NCBI GenBank assembly: GCA_025062095.1
Contig: JANXAZ010000015.1
Location: 1,561-65,560 of the forward strand
Origin: Geminicoccaceae bacterium
Lineage (GTDB): Bacteria > Pseudomonadota > Alphaproteobacteria > Geminicoccales > Geminicoccaceae
DNA length: 64,000 nucleotides
Direction of reading: 5' to 3'
Part shown: positions 47,329-55,858 of the stretch, piece after piece
Layout of the letters: every line of letters begins with the position of its first letter
Position numbering within the stretch: position 1 is the first letter of the stretch
The notes under the pieces: generated by a model
The model's database searches: none
Seen by the model: the letters and a program-made list of their open reading frames with translations, nothing else
What the model was told of the DNA's origin: nothing
Made by a program: the position numbers and the translations under genes

Positions 47329-48336
47329 GTGGTCGTGCCCGGGAGGATCGTCGTGCATCCGCGCCTTGTCCTCGCGGTCCTGATCGCTCTCCTCCTCGCC
47401 GCGGGCGGGGCGCGCGCGCGCACCGCCTCCGAACTCGAGCCCGCTCGGTCGCTCTGCGCCGAGGCCGCCGCCCGCGTGGAGCGCGAAGAGGGCTTGCCCC
47501 CGGGGATCTTGCAGGCCATCGCCCTGGCCGAATCCGCGCGCTGGGACGGCGAGCGGGGGCGTTGGATCGCCTGGCCCTGGACGGTGAACGCCGGGGGCGA
47601 GGCGGCGCAGTTCGCGACCCGCGAAGAAGCCGTGGCGCACGTTCGCGAACTGCGCGCGCGAGGACGGACGAACATCGACGTCGGCTGCATGCAGGTCAAT
47701 CTCGGATGGCATCCCGCCGCCTTTTCCGATCTCGAGACGGCCTTCGATCCTCTCGCCAACGCCACTTACGCCGCCGCCTTCCTCGCCACTTTGCACGAAG
47801 AGGCGGGCTCCTGGGAGCTCGCGGTCGAGCGCTACCATTCGCGCGATCCCGACCGCGGTCGCGGCTATCGCGAGCGCGTCTTCCGGCTCTGGGCGGGGCT
47901 CGGCGGAGGGCCGGAGGCGGTCGAGCCGAAAGACGCGGCCCGGGGCGGAGGTCGGATCCGCGCGGTCGAGCCGCGGACGGCGCCACTGCGGGTAGTGCCG
48001 GTGCACGCGGCCGCGGTCGAGCGCGCGGCGTTGCGTGCGATGAACCGGCTCGAGGCGCGCGCCACCTGGCGTTGGCTCGCGCTTCGGCTGCCCCTGCCGA
48101 GCCTGTTCCTGCCGAGCCCGCCGGCGGAGGTCGCAGCCGCGCTCGATCCGAACCGAGCGCTGCCCGAGCGCGGGGCGGTCGTGGCGGCGGCGGCGTTGTC
48201 CCGGCCGCTCGTCTTCGCCGGCCCGTCCAGACCCGCGGCGCCCGCGGCCGGCCGCGTCCCGGGCCCGTGGCCGCGCGCATCGCGCCCGCAACCGTTCTGG
48301 CGCGCCGCGCCGCCGCCCCGCGGCCAGCCGTCTTGA
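47329..48336 (+). CDS. lytic transglycosylase (SLT) domain protein
   Basis: Signal/TM N-terminus. LQAIALAESARW (catalytic Glu-Ser), IDVGCMQVN, AAAFL ... YHS. Low-complexity C-terminal half. Confidence 0.8.
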   Translation: MVVPGRIVVHPRLVLAVLIALLLAAGGARARTASELEPARSLCAEAAARVEREEGLPPGILQAIALAESARWDGERGRWIAWPWTVNAGGEAAQFATREEAVAHVRELRARGRTNIDVGCMQVNLGWHPAAFSDLETAFDPLANATYAAAFLATLHEEAGSWELAVERYHSRDPDRGRGYRERVFRLWAGLGGGPEAVEPKDAARGGGRIRAVEPRTAPLRVVPVHAAAVERAALRAMNRLEARATWRWLALRLPLPSLFLPSPPAEVAAALDPNRALPERGAVVAAAALSRPLVFAGPSRPAAPAAGRVPGPWPRASRPQPFWRAAPPPRGQPS

Positions 48337-48367
48337 GCGCCGCCCAGGCCGCGCCTATGTCGAGAGC

Positions 48368-48955
48368 ATGGCCAGGACCCTACGAGGGCTCGCCGGAGAG
48401 ACCGGGCATCTGACCGGCATGCTCTTGGTCGCCATGCCGGGGATGCCGGATCCGCGCTTCGCGAAGAGCGTCGTTTACATCTGCGCCCATTCGCCCCAGG
48501 GCGCCATGGGCCTCATCGTCAATCAGGTCGCACCCGACCTGACCCTGACCAAGATCGTCGCCCAGCTCGGAATCCGACCGGAGATCGACCTCTCCCACGT
48601 CCCGGTGCACGTGGGCGGCCCGGTCGAATCGGGTCGCGGCTTCGTCTTGCACAGTCCCGATTACGTGCAAGAGAGCACGCTCGTGATCGACGATCGCTTC
48701 GCGCTCACCGCGACCCTCGACGTGCTCAAGGCGCTGGCCGAGGGTTCCGGCCCCCGCCGTCACGTCTTCGCCCTGGGCTACGCCGGCTGGGCACCGGGTC
48801 AGCTCGACGCCGAGATTCAGGCCAACGGCTGGCTCGTCGCTCCGGCCGACGAAGAACTCGTCTTCGGTTCCGACAACGACGCCAAGTGGCAGAAGGCGAT
48901 GGCGCGCATCGGTGTCGATCCGGTGCTGCTCTCGAGCACCGCCGGACGCGCCTGA
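48368..48955 (+). CDS. YqgE/AlgH-family protein (UPF0301)
   Basis: LTGMLLVAMPGMPDPRFAKSVVYICAHSPQGAMGLIVNQ ... GYAGWAPGQLDAEI. Confidence 0.9.
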   Translation: MARTLRGLAGETGHLTGMLLVAMPGMPDPRFAKSVVYICAHSPQGAMGLIVNQVAPDLTLTKIVAQLGIRPEIDLSHVPVHVGGPVESGRGFVLHSPDYVQESTLVIDDRFALTATLDVLKALAEGSGPRRHVFALGYAGWAPGQLDAEIQANGWLVAPADEELVFGSDNDAKWQKAMARIGVDPVLLSSTAGRA

Positions 48956-50074
48956 TCCGAACCTCGCGCGTTTTCACCGTCTCCCGAGCGGCCCTGCGCG
49001 CAGACCCTCCCGATCCTCCGCGAATGGCGCACTTCTGCGCGCGCTCGGCGGCCGCGGGCGTCGGTTTTCGTGCGCTCTTCCGCGCGAACGCCCGGGCCGT
49101 CGCGCACGAACGCTCATTCGAGCCTCCGGTGAGCGCGACGATCGGGGCGCGGCACCGTACCGCCGCCGCGACCCGGGCGTCCCGCGCGCGCCCCGGCGGG
49201 GGCGGGTGCGGCCGCAGCCGTCTCGGCTCCGAGCGCACCGCAGACGAGCACGCCGGCGCGCGAACGCCCGAGCCGGACGCCGCTTTCTCCCTCGCCGATC
49301 GGGCCCTGCGCGCGGATCGAGCGGCCAGAGAGACCGGACCGCGATCGTCGTTCGCGCGCAGGGACACCTGCGATCCCGTGGCTCGCCTGCCGCGCAGCCC
49401 GGCCGAGCCCTCGGACACGCGCGGGCATCCTCGCGATCGCCGCCGGGCGTGCGCCGCGAGATCCCCGCACGATCGACCCGGCGGCGCATCCGTGCCGTCC
49501 CACCACGTTCTCCGTGCTCCGCGCGCCGAATCGCCGCGCACGGAGCCGGCCCCGCGCACCGCGGACGCGGATCGGAAACGGCACGGTCCCTTGCCGATGG
49601 TCGCGGATGCCCGCGCGCGTGGCGGGAAGCCCGCGGCGGTCGAGGCGCGGCGCACCGATCGCGCGTCTTCGTCCCGCGCGCCGACCGGGCGCCGGTTCGC
49701 GAACGCGACCGAGAATTCGCAAGCCCGTCCGATACGGGGCCGCGCCCGCGCCTCCCGACGCTTCGTCGTGGACCCCTCGCCTGGCTTCGCGCCGGGAAAA
49801 AGACCCTTCGCCCGGAGCACGAGCGCCCTCGGCACCGCGCCGGTGCGCGCGCGTCCGCGGTCTTTTTGCCACCTCCGGGTGCGCCTTCTCTGCATCTCGC
49901 GCGGACCGCGCCCGAGGTACGCCCCGTGGAGCGCCCGCGGGGCGGGCCGTACCCGTCTCTTCTCCTCGTGCGCCCGCGCGAGCGGGTGGCTTCCGGCTCG
50001 CCCTTCCGGCGCCAGCGCCGCTTCGAAACCGACAGCGAAGGACCGGCGCCGGCCGCGGCGGGGCGGTCGGCGGT

Positions 50075-50992
50075 TCAGCTGCGCGGCGGGGGCAGAGGCG
50101 GAAGCGGGCGCGCCGCGGCCTCGCGCGCGAGTTCGGCCTCCTTGGCCTGGATCGCCTTTTGCAGCTTTTCGAAGGCGCGCACTTCGATCTGCCGCACCCG
50201 CTCGCGGCTGATGCCGTATTGCGCCGAGAGCTCTTCGAGGGTCGCCGGATTCTCCTTGAGGCGGCGCTCGGTCAGGATGTGGCGCTCGCGCTCGTTCAAC
50301 ACCTTCATCGCCTCGACGAGCAGCGCCTTGCGGTGGTCGAGCTCGTCGGCCTCGGCGAGTTCGGATTCCTGGCTCGCTCGCTCGTCGACGAGCCAGTCCT
50401 GCCATTCGGTCTCGCTCTCGAGCCGCAACGGCGCGTTCAGCGAGTGATCCGGGCCCTCGAGCCTGCGGTTCATCTCGATGACGTCTTGTTCGGTGACCTC
50501 GAGGGTCTCGGCGATCTGCTTGACCGTCTCGGGGGAGAGATCGCCGCCCTCGATCGCCTGCATCTGGCTCTTCAGCCTTCGCAAGTTGAAGAACAGTTTC
50601 TTCTGGGCGGCCGTGGTGCCGAGCTTGACCAACGACCAGGAATGCAAGATGTATTCCTGGATCGCCGCCCGGATCCACCACATCGCGTACGTCGCCAGGC
50701 GGAACCCTTTGTCCGGGTCGAAGCGCTTGACCGCCTGCATGAGGCCGACGTTGCCTTCGGAGATGATCTCGTTCATGGGCAGGCCGTAGCCGCGGTAGCC
50801 CATGGCGATCTTGGCCACCAGCCGCAGGTGCGAGGTGACGAGCTTGTGCGCCGCCTCGACGTCCTGATGCTCGCGCCAGCGCTTGGCGAGCATGTACTCC
50901 TCCTCCGCGTCCAGCATCGGGAAGCGGCGGATCTCTTCGAGATAGCGGGCGAGCCCGCTACCTTCGGCGGGCACGACGGGCAGCTTGGCCAT
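50075..50992 (-). CDS. rpoH: RNA polymerase sigma-32 factor
   Basis: Regions 2-4 of a sigma-70-family protein plus the RpoH box (AQKKLFFNLRRLK). An alternative ATG lies at 51007. Confidence 0.95.
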   Translation of the reverse strand: MAKLPVVPAEGSGLARYLEEIRRFPMLDAEEEYMLAKRWREHQDVEAAHKLVTSHLRLVAKIAMGYRGYGLPMNEIISEGNVGLMQAVKRFDPDKGFRLATYAMWWIRAAIQEYILHSWSLVKLGTTAAQKKLFFNLRRLKSQMQAIEGGDLSPETVKQIAETLEVTEQDVIEMNRRLEGPDHSLNAPLRLESETEWQDWLVDERASQESELAEADELDHRKALLVEAMKVLNERERHILTERRLKENPATLEELSAQYGISRERVRQIEVRAFEKLQKAIQAKEAELAREAAARPLPPLPPPRS

Positions 50993-51085
50993 GGATCGGA
51001 GCTCCAACGCGCCGGAGCCTGAGGGTCCGGCTCGCCGAGCGGCGCGCGGTTCCTCGCGGCGCTCGGGACGATCACCGCTCCCAAG

Positions 51086-52117
51086 TTAACCTGCGCGGCC
51101 GGGAGTGCAAGCAACTTCCGCGCGCAAGAGCTCCATGAGCTCGGCGAACAGCGCCGGCGCGGGAGCCTCGAAACGCAGCGGCACACCGGTGATCGGATGC
51201 GTGAAGCCGAGCACGCGGGCGTGCAAGGCGATGCGGTCGAGCGCAGCGATGCGCGCGCGCACGGTCGGGGAAAGACCGGCCGGAAGCCGCGGCCCGTACA
51301 ACCGATCGCCGATGACCGGATGGCCGATGCTCGCGAGATGGACGCGGATCTGATGCGTGCGGCCGGTCTCGAGCGCGAGCTCCAACCGCGCCGCCCGCGT
51401 CCCCGCCGCCTCGAGCAGGCGATAGCGCGTGACCGCCCGCTTCCCGCTCGCGGTTACCGCCATCTTGAGCCGATTGCGGGGGTCGCGGCCGATCGGCCGA
51501 TCGATGCGGCCCTCCACCGGCGATGGCACGCCCCACACCAGCGCCTCGTAGATCCGCTCGATCCGGTGGAGCGTGAACTGCGCGGAAAGCCCGAGATGCG
51601 CCCGGTCGTGCTTGGCGACGACGAGCACGCCCGAAACTTCCCGGTCGAGCCGGTGCACGATGCCGGGCCGACGCACCCCGCCGATGCCCGAAAGGCTCGG
51701 CCCGCAATGGGCGAGAAGAGCGTTGACGAGCGTGCCGCCCTCGTGCCCGGGTGCGGGATGGACCACCATGCCCGCGGGCTTCACGAGTACGACGAGATGC
51801 TCGTCCTCGAACAAGATCTCGAGCGGCGTCGCTTCGGGCTCGGGTTCGGCCGCGCGCGGTGCCGGCACGACGATTTCCAGCGGCGGGCCGGGTTTGACCC
51901 GCTCGGCCGGGTCGGTTAGCACGCGGCCGGCGCGCGTCACGCGTCCCTCGAGGACGAGGGCCTTCAGGCGCGAGCGCGAGAGTTCGGGAAGTCGGCGCGC
52001 GAGCAGGCGGTCGAGGCGTTCGCCCGCGTCTTCGGCACCGACCTCGATGCGCTCGCACCGCTCGCCTCGAACTTCCGGAGAGGCCGTGGTCGTCGACAGC
52101 TGGCTCAGGTCCCTCAA
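51086..52117 (-). CDS. rluD: 23S rRNA pseudouridine synthase, RluA/RluD family
   Basis: S4 domain (GERLDRLLARRLPELSRSRLKALV). Catalytic motif HRLDREVSGVLVVAK, and GRTHQIRVHL. The start is uncertain (TTG 52117 proposed; the track ORF extends to 52348). Confidence 0.9.
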   Translation of the reverse strand: MRDLSQLSTTTASPEVRGERCERIEVGAEDAGERLDRLLARRLPELSRSRLKALVLEGRVTRAGRVLTDPAERVKPGPPLEIVVPAPRAAEPEPEATPLEILFEDEHLVVLVKPAGMVVHPAPGHEGGTLVNALLAHCGPSLSGIGGVRRPGIVHRLDREVSGVLVVAKHDRAHLGLSAQFTLHRIERIYEALVWGVPSPVEGRIDRPIGRDPRNRLKMAVTASGKRAVTRYRLLEAAGTRAARLELALETGRTHQIRVHLASIGHPVIGDRLYGPRLPAGLSPTVRARIAALDRIALHARVLGFTHPITGVPLRFEAPAPALFAELMELLRAEVACTPGRAG

Positions 52118-52436
52118 GATCTTCGTGGTCTCGGCGGGGGTGGTGCTCGTCCTGGGCACTGCGGCGCTCGTCTTTCTCCTCGTCCAGCGCGGCGCACCGA
52201 GCCGCGACGCTCCGTCGACGGCCCCCGTCGCTCCACCCGCCTCCGCTCCGCGCGCCCTTTCTGTGTCGGGCGAGCTGCCCCTTCCCGCCGGCGCGGCGAT
52301 CGTCGATCTCGCGACCGAAGGCGGCGAGATCGTCTTGCTCCTGCGCACGCCCGCGGGCGAGGACTATCTCGCGGTGGTGGACGCGGCAACCGGTGTGCGC
52401 CGGTTGTTGCTGCGCATCGTCCCCGAGCGGCGGTGA
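52086..52436 (+). CDS. small single-pass membrane protein
   Basis: GTG start, one TM helix (IFVVSAGVVLVLGTAALVFLLV), and a soluble tail of about 80 aa with high GC3. The stop overlaps the next gene's start (GTGA). Confidence 0.5.
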   Translation: MVVDSWLRSLKIFVVSAGVVLVLGTAALVFLLVQRGAPSRDAPSTAPVAPPASAPRALSVSGELPLPAGAAIVDLATEGGEIVLLLRTPAGEDYLAVVDAATGVRRLLLRIVPERR

Positions 52437-53773
52437 ACGGGAAGCGCGCACCGTCGTCGCAGGCCGCGGACGAGCCGCGACCGGGCGCGGTGCTCGAAGT
52501 CGTGATCGAGCGACTGGGCGCGAGCGGCGACGGCGAGGCGACCCTCGGCGAGCGGCGCCTGTTCGTCCCCTTCACCCTGCCGGGCGAGCGTTGGCGGGTG
52601 CGCGTGGAAGAAGCGGCCCGGTCGATCTTGCGGGCGGCGCCGCTCGAGCGGCTCGCAGGCCCCGCGCGTGCCGAGCCGGTCTGTCCGCATTTCGGCAGCT
52701 GCGGGGGGTGCGGCTTGCAGCACCTGCCGCCCGCGACCTACCGCGACTTCGTGTGCGCGCGCATCCGCGAAGCCCTCGCCCGCGAGCGTCTGTCGGCGGA
52801 GAAGGAGCTTCCTCTCGTTTCGGCACCCCTGGGTTCCCGCCGCAGGCTGCGGCTCGCCTTCGCCCTCGGCCGGCGGGAGTGTCTTCTGGGCTTCCGCGCC
52901 CGCCGCAGTCACCGCATCGTCTCGGTCGCGCGCTGCCCGATCGCGCGTCCCGAGCTCGTGGCGCTCTTCGCGCCGCTGCGCGAAGCCCTCGCGCGGCTGC
53001 CCGTCGTCCGCCGGGCCGGTGCGGGAGAAGCGGCGCTCGCGCTCTTTGCCGAAGGTGTCGATCTCGTCCTCGCAGTGGCCGGCGACCTCGCGCGGGAGGA
53101 TCGCGAAGCGCTCGCGGAGCTCGCCCGCGCGCTCGACCTCGCGCGCGTGGCGCATACGAGGCGGATCGAGGAACCGGCGGAGCCGATCCTCGTCCGCCGC
53201 GTGCCGACCCTTCGCTACGGCCGCTTCGCGATCGCGGCGCCACCGGGCGCCTTCCTGCAAGCCACCGAGGACGGAGAGCGGGCGTTGCAGGCGGCGGTGC
53301 GCGCCTGGGTCCCCGAGGGCGCGCGCCTGCTCGATCTCTTCGCCGGGACGGGTGCGCTCTCGCTGCCGATCGCCGATCGCCTCGCACGGCTGGAGCTCGT
53401 CGAGCGCGACACGGGAACCGTCGCCGCCGTCAAACGCGCCGTCGCGCAGGAAGGACGCATCGCCGTCGCCGCGCGCGATCTCGAGCGCGCGCCCGTGGGG
53501 CCGGAGGAGCTCGCGGCCTTCGACGTCGTTCTCCTCGACCCCCCGCGCGGCGGCGCGCTCGCTCAGTGTCGCGCGCTCGCCCGATCGCGGATCGCGCGCA
53601 TCGTGTACGCGAGCTGCGCGCCCGCGAGCTTCGCGCGCGACGCCCGCGTCCTCGCCGATGCCGGCTTCCGCGTCGCAACGCTGCAGCCGATCGACCAGTT
53701 CCTCTTCGCCCCCGCGGTCGAGCTCGTGGCTCTGCTCGTGCGCGAGTCACTCGGAGGTCGCGAGGCGTCTTGA
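52433..53773 (+). CDS. TRAM-domain 23S rRNA (uracil-C5)-methyltransferase family protein (RlmD/RumA-like)
   Basis: The TRAM-like N-terminus is followed by the Fe-S Cys motif CPHFGSCGGCGLQH plus a downstream Cys. The C-terminal methyltransferase domain contains LDLFAGTGALS, DPPRGGA and YASCAPASFARD. Confidence 0.85.
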   Translation: MNGKRAPSSQAADEPRPGAVLEVVIERLGASGDGEATLGERRLFVPFTLPGERWRVRVEEAARSILRAAPLERLAGPARAEPVCPHFGSCGGCGLQHLPPATYRDFVCARIREALARERLSAEKELPLVSAPLGSRRRLRLAFALGRRECLLGFRARRSHRIVSVARCPIARPELVALFAPLREALARLPVVRRAGAGEAALALFAEGVDLVLAVAGDLAREDREALAELARALDLARVAHTRRIEEPAEPILVRRVPTLRYGRFAIAAPPGAFLQATEDGERALQAAVRAWVPEGARLLDLFAGTGALSLPIADRLARLELVERDTGTVAAVKRAVAQEGRIAVAARDLERAPVGPEELAAFDVVLLDPPRGGALAQCRALARSRIARIVYASCAPASFARDARVLADAGFRVATLQPIDQFLFAPAVELVALLVRESLGGREAS

Positions 53774-53814
53774 TTTGTGCGGGGTCAACCGCTACCTCGC
53801 TGGGTGTCGCGCGG

Positions 53815-53890
53815 GTCCCCTTCGTCTAGTGGCCTAGGACATCGCCCTCTCACGGCGAAAACAGGGGTTCGAATCCCCTAGGGGACGCCA
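53815..53890 (+). tRNA. tRNA-Glu (anticodon CUC)
   Basis: GTCCCCTTCGTCTAGTGGCCTAGGACATCGCCCTCTCACGGCGAAAACAGGGGTTCGAATCCCCTAGGGGACGCCA is near-identical in architecture to enterobacterial tRNA-Glu. Anticodon loop CTCTCAC, encoded CCA. Confidence 0.95.
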
Positions 53891-53944
53891 AACGCTGCGG
53901 TCGGTTCATCCCCCGGGCGTGTTCGCCTCGAAATTGTTCGTAGC

Positions 53945-54424
53945 TCACGGAGCGCGCAGGCTTTCCGCGTACGGGCGCGGTCGGGCTCGCCGCTCGCGAT
54001 GGGGTTCGAGATCGACCTCGAGCCCGTAGCGCGCGGCCCAGGCCAGCGCCGCCTCGCAGGTCGGGAAGATCAGGCGCAGCTGCTCGCGCGGATCGCTCCC
54101 GCCGCACCATCCCACCAATCGATCCGGAAGCTGCGGTGCGCGCGGCTCGAGTTCGAGGAGCCAGCGCGTGTTCAGACGCGGCGCCGAACTCGTGGGTGCG
54201 CGTCCGAGCGGACGGATCCGACAGCGAGCGCCCGCGAAGGGGCTCGGCAGCCCGTCGGCGGGACGAGCGAGGCTGCGATCGGCCGTGGACGCGGGCGCCG
54301 GGCCCAGTTGCGGCCGCGCCCGCGCGCGCCGGGGCGGGGCTCTCCTCACCTCCTCGGGCTCGCGAACGGAAAAGCGGCCGCCCGGGACGGCGGCCGCGCG
54401 TTCGCGAACAACGGTCGGGCTCAT
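53945..54424 (-). CDS. ETC complex I NDUFS4-like domain protein
   Basis: The C-terminal half (RWLLELEPRAPQLPDRLVGWCGGSDPREQLRLIFPTCEAALAWAARYGLEVDLEP) resembles the bacterial NDUFS4-like conserved region. The N-terminal part is low complexity, so the start is uncertain. Confidence 0.6.
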   Translation of the reverse strand: MSPTVVRERAAAVPGGRFSVREPEEVRRAPPRRARARPQLGPAPASTADRSLARPADGLPSPFAGARCRIRPLGRAPTSSAPRLNTRWLLELEPRAPQLPDRLVGWCGGSDPREQLRLIFPTCEAALAWAARYGLEVDLEPHRERRARPRPYAESLRAP

Positions 54425-54457
54425 GCTCCGAGCGCGACCTCGGGACGGCGACCCGGC

Positions 54458-54952
54458 TCAGGCCGCCGCCTTGACCTCGATGCGCTTGACCTCCTGGCGC
54501 ATCGCCGCGGGCTTGAGCAGCTTCACCTGCAGCACGCCGTTCTTGTACTGAGCCTCCACCTGCTCGGTGTCGACCGAGAACGGCAGGCGCAGGCTGCGCG
54601 CGAAGCTACCGAAGCGCCGCTCGCTCACGTGCCAGGTGGCACCGCTCTCCTCGCGCCCGGCCTTCTTTTCGCCCTTGATGGTCAACAGATCGCCGCGAAG
54701 CTCGATCGTCACGTCCTTGGGATCGACGCCCGGCAGTTCGGCGACGATCTCGAAGGCATCGGGCGTCTCGACGATCTCGATCGGCAGCGTGTACGTCCTC
54801 CGCTCCGGCCAGTCGAGGAAATCGGTGCGGAAGACCTGGCTGAACAGACGATCCACTTCGTTCCACAAGCGCACGAAGGGATCGTCGTTGGCAGGACGGC
54901 TGGACAGCATCGAGCTGGTCCAGCCGAAGGGGACCGGGGCCAGCGTAGTCAT
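54458..54952 (-). CDS. Hsp20/alpha-crystallin small heat-shock protein
   Basis: Alpha-crystallin domain (IEIVETPDAFEIVAELPGVDPKDVTIELRGDLLTIKGEKK ... GSFARSLRLP ... YKNGVLQVKL). The second ATG (54950-54952) has better spacing from GGGAGGA than the first (54961). Confidence 0.9.
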   Translation of the reverse strand: MTTLAPVPFGWTSSMLSSRPANDDPFVRLWNEVDRLFSQVFRTDFLDWPERRTYTLPIEIVETPDAFEIVAELPGVDPKDVTIELRGDLLTIKGEKKAGREESGATWHVSERRFGSFARSLRLPFSVDTEQVEAQYKNGVLQVKLLKPAAMRQEVKRIEVKAAA

Positions 54953-55010
54953 GCTCTCCATCCTCCCTTCTCCTGCCCACCGATCGGATCTCCGATCGGC
55001 GAGCTCGTCC

Positions 55011-55041
55011 GTTAATTCGGTGTCGCAGGGAGCCGATCAAG
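55011..55041 (-). promoter_or_regulatory. candidate sigma-32-type promoter of the hsp20 gene
   Basis: The minus strand reads CTTGAT-N15-CCGAATTA about 55-85 nt upstream of the start. This is a loose match to CTTGAA-N(13-17)-CCCCATNT and is supported only by context (a heat-shock gene). Confidence 0.25.
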
Positions 55042-55195
55042 ATCTTGAACCGCGGAGACGGTCGCCGATTTGTAAATCTATCGCACCCGCGCGCGCCTTC
55101 CCCGCGCTGCGCGCCCGTGCCGATCCCCGTCGCCCGCCCCGCGACAGCCGCGCCCGAGCGCGCTAGGAGATCCCTCGTCGTCGGGGGAGGAAGCG

Positions 55196-55858
55196 GTGAG
55201 CCTCGCGCGCGCCGGTCCGGATACGGCTTTAGACGCGATCCTGCGCCGGGGCCCGGTGATCCCGGTCGTCACGATCGACGACCCCGGGGTCGCCGTACCG
55301 CTGGCGCGCGCTCTGCGCGCGGGCGGGATCGAGGTGATCGAAGTCGCCTTGCGCACTCCCGGCGCTTGCGCCGCGATCGAACGCATCCGTGCGGAAGTAC
55401 CGCAGATGATCGTGGGTGCGGGGACGGTGCGCGGCCCCGAACAGCTCGCCAAAGTCGCGCGGCTGGGCGTGGCCTTCGCCGCGACCCCGGGGATCACCCC
55501 GCGGCTTCTGGCCGCCGCCGCGGCCTCGCCCGTCCCCGTGCTGTTCGGGATCGCGAGTGCGAGCGAGGCGATGCTCCTGCTCGAGCACGGGCGTTCGGTC
55601 GCCAAGTTCTTCCCGGCCGAATCCTGCGGCGGGCCGGAGGCGCTGCGCACTTTCGCCGGTCCTTTCCCGGACCTGCGCTTCTGCCCCACGGGCGGCATCG
55701 GGCCGGATACCGCCCCCCTTTATCTCGCCCTTCCCAACGTCCTGTGCGTGGGCGGCTCTTGGCTCGCCCCTCGCGACGCTCTGGCTGCGGGCGATTGGGC
55801 TCGGATCACCGATCTCGCCCGTGCGGCGACCACTCTCGCCTCGGAGAAAGAACGTTGA
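55196..55858 (+). CDS. eda: 2-dehydro-3-deoxyphosphogluconate / 4-hydroxy-2-oxoglutarate aldolase
   Basis: PVIPVVTIDD ... GIEVIEVALRTP ... GAGTV ... AKFFPAE (Schiff-base Lys) ... CPTGGI. Confidence 0.9.
   Translation: MSLARAGPDTALDAILRRGPVIPVVTIDDPGVAVPLARALRAGGIEVIEVALRTPGACAAIERIRAEVPQMIVGAGTVRGPEQLAKVARLGVAFAATPGITPRLLAAAAASPVPVLFGIASASEAMLLLEHGRSVAKFFPAESCGGPEALRTFAGPFPDLRFCPTGGIGPDTAPLYLALPNVLCVGGSWLAPRDALAAGDWARITDLARAATTLASEKER

Noticed and set aside
49834-49866. Terminator-like element (ACCGCG ... CGCGGT followed by CTTTTTG) in the middle of the 48956-50074 spacer, which might mark the end of an unannotated plus-strand transcript.
   Set aside because: It has only a 6-bp stem with a 16-nt loop and no identifiable upstream gene or promoter, so it is too weak to call.
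48886-50211. 441-aa plus-strand ORF across the yqgE-rpoH spacer with partly elevated third-position GC.
   Set aside because: The translation is disordered low-complexity sequence. It begins inside the yqgE-like gene and runs into rpoH antisense. Two other frames are equally open.
53769-53790. TTGAT-N9-GTCAA just upstream of tRNA-Glu as a second FNR/CRP-type site.
   Set aside because: The spacing is wrong for FNR/FixK (N4 is required), and it overlaps the stop codon of the methyltransferase gene. It is probably coincidental.
54962-55010. Possible ROSE-type RNA thermometer in the hsp20 leader. The leader contains a perfect hairpin made of two self-complementary CCGAUCGG copies with a 4-nt loop.
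   Set aside because: The hairpin ends about 20 nt upstream of the Shine-Dalgarno sequence and does not pair with it. No U-rich anti-SD or bulged-G hairpin typical of ROSE elements is visible.
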